Under the pieces are notes generated by a model. It did not search any database. It was not told where the DNA came from and saw only the letters and a program-made list of their open reading frames with translations. Shown here piece by piece: positions 60,610-64,000 of a stretch of 64,000 bases of DNA (the stretch's first letter is position 1; each line of letters starts with the position of its first letter). The translations under genes were made by a program, and so were the position numbers. This stretch comes from an uncultured Pelagibacteraceae bacterium (GTDB lineage Bacteria > Pseudomonadota > Alphaproteobacteria > Pelagibacterales > Pelagibacteraceae), in assembly GCA_902635545.1 (NCBI GenBank), contig CACPOL010000003.1:7979-71978 (forward strand). Reading direction: 5' to 3'.

Positions 60610-61549
60610 CCGTCGAAGTTTTATCACAGGATTAAAATCAATAACTTTATCAAAAAACGAGAAAATTTTTCTTAAAAAATATAGACCTTGGGGAGTAATT
60701 TTATTTACAAGAAATATTAAATCTATTGAACAGACCAAAAAACTTACAGATGAAATAAGAAGCATTTTTAAAGATATCAAATATCCAATTTTAATAGATC
60801 AAGAAGGAGGAAGGATTAATAGATTTAAAAGAATTATAAGTTTAGATAATTTAACTTCAAAATATTATGGAAAATTATTTGAAAAAAATAAAAAAAAATT
60901 TGAGATTTATTACAAAATCTATATTGAAAAAACCTCTAGTTTATTAAAGCTTATAGGAACTAATCTAAATACTGTCCCCGTATTAGACATCATTAAAAAG
61001 GGTTCTAGTAATATTATTGGTGATAGAGCAATTTCAAATAAATTATTTACTGTTAATAAGGTTGGCGATTATTGCATTAAATTATTTCATTTAAATAATA
61101 TAGGAACAATTATTAAACATATACCAGGACATGGTGAGGCAAAAGTGGATAGTCATAAATTTACACCAGTTGTAAAAAAAAGACTTAATTATTTATTAAA
61201 GAATGATTTTGCTGCTTTTAAAGATAAAAAAAGTTTATTTGCAATGACAGCACATATTATTTATCAAAAACTCGATAAAGATAATACTGCCACTCATTCT
61301 AAAGCAATAATAAAAATAATTAGGAATAAAATTAAATTTAAAAATATTTTAATATCTGATGACTTGTCAATGAAAAGTCTTAAATACTCATTAAAAGAAA
61401 ATACACTTAAGTCTTTTAAAGCAGGTTGTAATTTAGTAATGCATTGTAACGGAAATCTTAGTGAAATGAAGATTGTTGCAAAAAATTCACCAATAATTAA
61501 TAAATTTATAGTTAAAAAAACATCAGAATTTTATAAGATTTTAAGTTAA
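60602..61549 (+). CDS. nagZ: Beta-N-acetylhexosaminidase (GH3)
   Basis: GVILFTRN, IDQEGGR, KHIPGHG...DSH, MTAH and SDDLSM motifs. Confidence 0.95.
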   Translation: MINRRSFITGLKSITLSKNEKIFLKKYRPWGVILFTRNIKSIEQTKKLTDEIRSIFKDIKYPILIDQEGGRINRFKRIISLDNLTSKYYGKLFEKNKKKFEIYYKIYIEKTSSLLKLIGTNLNTVPVLDIIKKGSSNIIGDRAISNKLFTVNKVGDYCIKLFHLNNIGTIIKHIPGHGEAKVDSHKFTPVVKKRLNYLLKNDFAAFKDKKSLFAMTAHIIYQKLDKDNTATHSKAIIKIIRNKIKFKNILISDDLSMKSLKYSLKENTLKSFKAGCNLVMHCNGNLSEMKIVAKNSPIINKFIVKKTSEFYKILS

Positions 61550-61557
61550 TATTCATT

Positions 61558-62301
61558 ATGTTTAAAACAGATTCTTCAGATTTTAATATTGCATTAGATA
61601 ACTTTAGTGGTTCACTTCATGTTTTACTTGAATTAGCTAAAACACAAAAAGTTAATTTAGAAAATATTTCAATAACAAAATTAGCTGATCAATTTAACGA
61701 ATATATCAAAAACCAAGAAAATTTGAATTTAGAGATTGCATCAGAGTATTTACTTATGGCGACTTGGTTGGCATATCTAAAATCAAAATTATTATTACCA
61801 GGAACACCAGATGAAGAATTTAAAGTTTTAGAAGTTGCAGAAAAATTAAAGTTACAATTAAAAAAATTAGAGCTTATTAGATTATTATCAGATCAAATGC
61901 TTAAAAAGAAAAGACTTGGAAAAGATATCAGAATGAGAGGAATGAAGGGTAATATAAAATCAATATATAGTTCTGAATATAAAATTAATCTTTATGAATT
62001 ATTAAAAACTTATTCAACGATTATTATGACAAAAGATTTTCAGAGGATTAATATACCAAGATTACCAGTCTTTACTCCAGAAGATGGTATTAAAAGAATT
62101 AAGGAATTTTTTGGAACTTTGTTGGATTGGAAAAAAATTGATGATTTAATACCTAATGACTTTAAGAAGAATCTAAATGCCAAAAAAACCGGCAAAGCAG
62201 GTTTATTCGCTGGATCATTAGAATTAGTAAAAGAAGGAAACTTAAGTATTAAACAAAAAGATCTTTTTGATGAAATTTATATTAAAGAAAATAAACAATG
62301 A
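61558..62301 (+). CDS. scpA: Segregation and condensation protein A
   Basis: EYLLMATWLAYLKSKLLLP and FAGSLELVKEG motifs. Confidence 0.95.
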   Translation: MFKTDSSDFNIALDNFSGSLHVLLELAKTQKVNLENISITKLADQFNEYIKNQENLNLEIASEYLLMATWLAYLKSKLLLPGTPDEEFKVLEVAEKLKLQLKKLELIRLLSDQMLKKKRLGKDIRMRGMKGNIKSIYSSEYKINLYELLKTYSTIIMTKDFQRINIPRLPVFTPEDGIKRIKEFFGTLLDWKKIDDLIPNDFKKNLNAKKTGKAGLFAGSLELVKEGNLSIKQKDLFDEIYIKENKQ

Positions 62302-62996
62302 AAAAAAAGACTAACACTAAAAATAATATTGTTAAATTTCCATCAAAACTTGCAGAAGGAGAAAGAGAAGTTGAAGCAATATTATTTGCGGCAGCTGAAC
62401 CATTAGATATAGACACTATTGAATCTAAAATATCAAAAAAAATTGATGTAAAAAAAACCTTGGAAAAATTGAAAGATGTTTATTCTTTAAGAGGTATTAA
62501 TCTTGTTTGTATTTCAAATAAATGGTCTTTTCGTACAGCACAAAATTTGTCAAATTTAATGTCTAAAGAAAAAACTGTTGAAAAAAAATTATCAAAAGCT
62601 GCAATAGAAACTTTAGCAATAATTGTATACCATCAACCAGTCACAAGAGCAGAAATTGAAGAAATTAGAGGTGTAGCTTTTGGAACAAATACTTTAGATA
62701 TTCTTATGGAATTAAATTGGGTAAAACCTAAGGGAAGAAAAGATGTACCTGGAAAACCAATTCAGTATGGAACAACTGATGATTTCTTAAGTCATTTTAA
62801 CCTTCAAAAATTATCAGACCTTCCAACTGTTGATGAATTAGGTGCAGCAGGTTTAATTGATAGTACAAGCATTGATAGTACCATTTTTGGTACTGGTAAA
62901 TTTTATAAAGAAAAAGTAGAAGAAAAAAAGGAAGATATTTATTCAAATATCGATGAAATGCTAAGCGATACACTTAACAAAGAAGACGAGGATTAA
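62298..62996 (+). CDS. scpB: SMC-Scp complex subunit ScpB
   Basis: [35 protein letters not shown] and YGTT motifs. Confidence 0.97.
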   Translation: MKKKTNTKNNIVKFPSKLAEGEREVEAILFAAAEPLDIDTIESKISKKIDVKKTLEKLKDVYSLRGINLVCISNKWSFRTAQNLSNLMSKEKTVEKKLSKAAIETLAIIVYHQPVTRAEIEEIRGVAFGTNTLDILMELNWVKPKGRKDVPGKPIQYGTTDDFLSHFNLQKLSDLPTVDELGAAGLIDSTSIDSTIFGTGKFYKEKVEEKKEDIYSNIDEMLSDTLNKEDED

Positions 62997-63040
62997 AAAG
63001 TTTCTTTAAAACTTCTTTTAAAAATAGTATAAGAATAATT

Positions 63041-63262
63041 ATGAGTATTGGAATTTGGCAAATAGCAATTGTAGTAATATTAGTGGTCCTATTATTTGGA
63101 AGAGGAAAAATTTCTAGTTTAATGGGTGATGTGGCTAAAGGAATTAAAAGCTTTAAAAAGGGGATGGCCACAGATGTAAATGATGAAAATGAGCCAAAAA
63201 ATATCTCAGAAAAAAATCAAGATTCCTCTGACAATAATCCTGAGACAAAAGATAAAGAATAA
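63041..63262 (+). CDS. tatA: Twin-arginine translocase TatA
   Basis: LLFG hinge and GIKSFKKG amphipathic helix. Confidence 0.96.
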   Translation: MSIGIWQIAIVVILVVLLFGRGKISSLMGDVAKGIKSFKKGMATDVNDENEPKNISEKNQDSSDNNPETKDKE

Positions 63263-63267
63263 TTAAC

Positions 63268-63489
63268 ATGCCCACAATTGGTTGGTTTGAGATATTACTC
63301 ATTGTTGCAATATCCATTATTGTTATTGGACCAAAAGATTTTCCTTTTATGTTAAAAAAAATAGGATCATGGATAGGAAGTACTAAGAGGTATATAAATA
63401 ATATTCAAAATGAAGTTTCAAATATAGATATTGAAAATTTAGATCAAGATAAATCTAAGGAAATTAAAGAAAATAATGAGCAAAAATGA
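63268..63489 (+). CDS. tatB: Twin-arginine translocase TatB (short)
   Basis: IGWFE...VIGPKDFP motif. Confidence 0.93.
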   Translation: MPTIGWFEILLIVAISIIVIGPKDFPFMLKKIGSWIGSTKRYINNIQNEVSNIDIENLDQDKSKEIKENNEQK

Positions 63490-64000
63490 TAACGAAAGTG
63501 GATTCATTAGTCATCTTACTGAATTAAGAAAAAGATTAATACACAGCATTATCTTTTTATTTTTATTTTTTATTTTTTGTTATTATTTTGCTGAGTATCT
63601 ATATGGTTTTTTAGTTGAGCCTTACGCTCAAGCAGTTAAAAATGATGATATTGATAGAAGATTAATTTTCACAGCTCTTCAAGAAACTTTTTTAACGTAC
63701 ATAAAAGTTTCATTTTTCACAGCTTTTTTTATAACTTGTCCGTTTATTTTGATTCAAATATGGAAATTTATTGCACCAGGATTATATAAGCATGAAAAAA
63801 TTGCTATAATGCCGTATTTAATATTAACACCAGTTTTATTTTTTTTAGGTGGTATATTGGTTTATTATTTAATAATGCCATTAGCTATAAAATTTTTTTT
63901 ATCTTTTGAAAGTACAGGATATTCAACAAACTTACCTATTCAATTAGAAGCTAAAGTTAATGAATACTTATCTTTAATAATGAAATTAATTTTTGCATTT
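63476..64000 (+). CDS. tatC: Twin-arginine translocase TatC (3'-truncated by the window; absent from the ORF track)
   Basis: ATG 63476 translates as MSKNDNESGFISHLTELRKRL...QIWKFIAPGLYKHEK and stays open to the window end. Confidence 0.95.
   Translation, partial: MSKNDNESGFISHLTELRKRLIHSIIFLFLFFIFCYYFAEYLYGFLVEPYAQAVKNDDIDRRLIFTALQETFLTYIKVSFFTAFFITCPFILIQIWKFIAPGLYKHEKIAIMPYLILTPVLFFLGGILVYYLIMPLAIKFFLSFESTGYSTNLPIQLEAKVNEYLSLIMKLIFAF

Noticed and set aside
385-63171. Many short antisense or alternate-frame ORFs in the track (e.g. 385-603, 6690-7019, 25147-25563, 37253-37594, 58561-58905)
   Set aside because: They lie almost entirely within well-supported genes, have no recognisable motifs and read as shadows of AT-rich codon usage.
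1-64000. CRISPR arrays, IS elements, prophage genes, rRNA, programmed frameshifts at poly-A runs
   Set aside because: No spaced direct repeats, transposase, integrase or phage genes, or rRNA-like segments were seen by eye. Genes containing homopolymer runs are full length and in frame.

Overview
A very AT-rich, gene-dense window with tiny or overlapping intergenic gaps. Gene content and order look like a streamlined marine alphaproteobacterium of the SAR11/Pelagibacterales type (inferred from the sequence, not from a database search). Most of it is core genome: the dnaE 3' end, rpsB-tsf-frr-uppS-cdsA-dxr-bamA-skp-fabZ-lpxDAIB, gltX, lexA, trpEGDC, tpiA-secG-pyrG-kdsA-eno-ftsB-lipA, ispDF, ntrYX-trkAH, aapJQMP, three tRNAs, valS-ilvD, znuABC/zur, xth, erpA, dgt-argS-nagZ-scpAB-tatABC. 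The accessory-looking part is about 44.4-52.2 kb. It holds a phosphonate biosynthesis operon coupled to ilvD: manC, an APS-kinase-fold kinase, a cytidylyltransferase-PepM fusion, Ppd and a phosphonoacetaldehyde reductase. Facing it are a PiT-like permease and a three-gene unit (small membrane protein, arsC, aquaporin) with no ArsR nearby. The best candidate for an undescribed system is the kinase. It lacks canonical CysC motifs and may 3'-phosphorylate CMP-hydroxyethylphosphonate to give a PAPS-like phosphonate donor for glycan decoration. Clear regulatory sites are two LexA boxes, tandem Zur boxes and an rpsB leader with a pseudoknot. No integrase, transposase or CRISPR array was seen.
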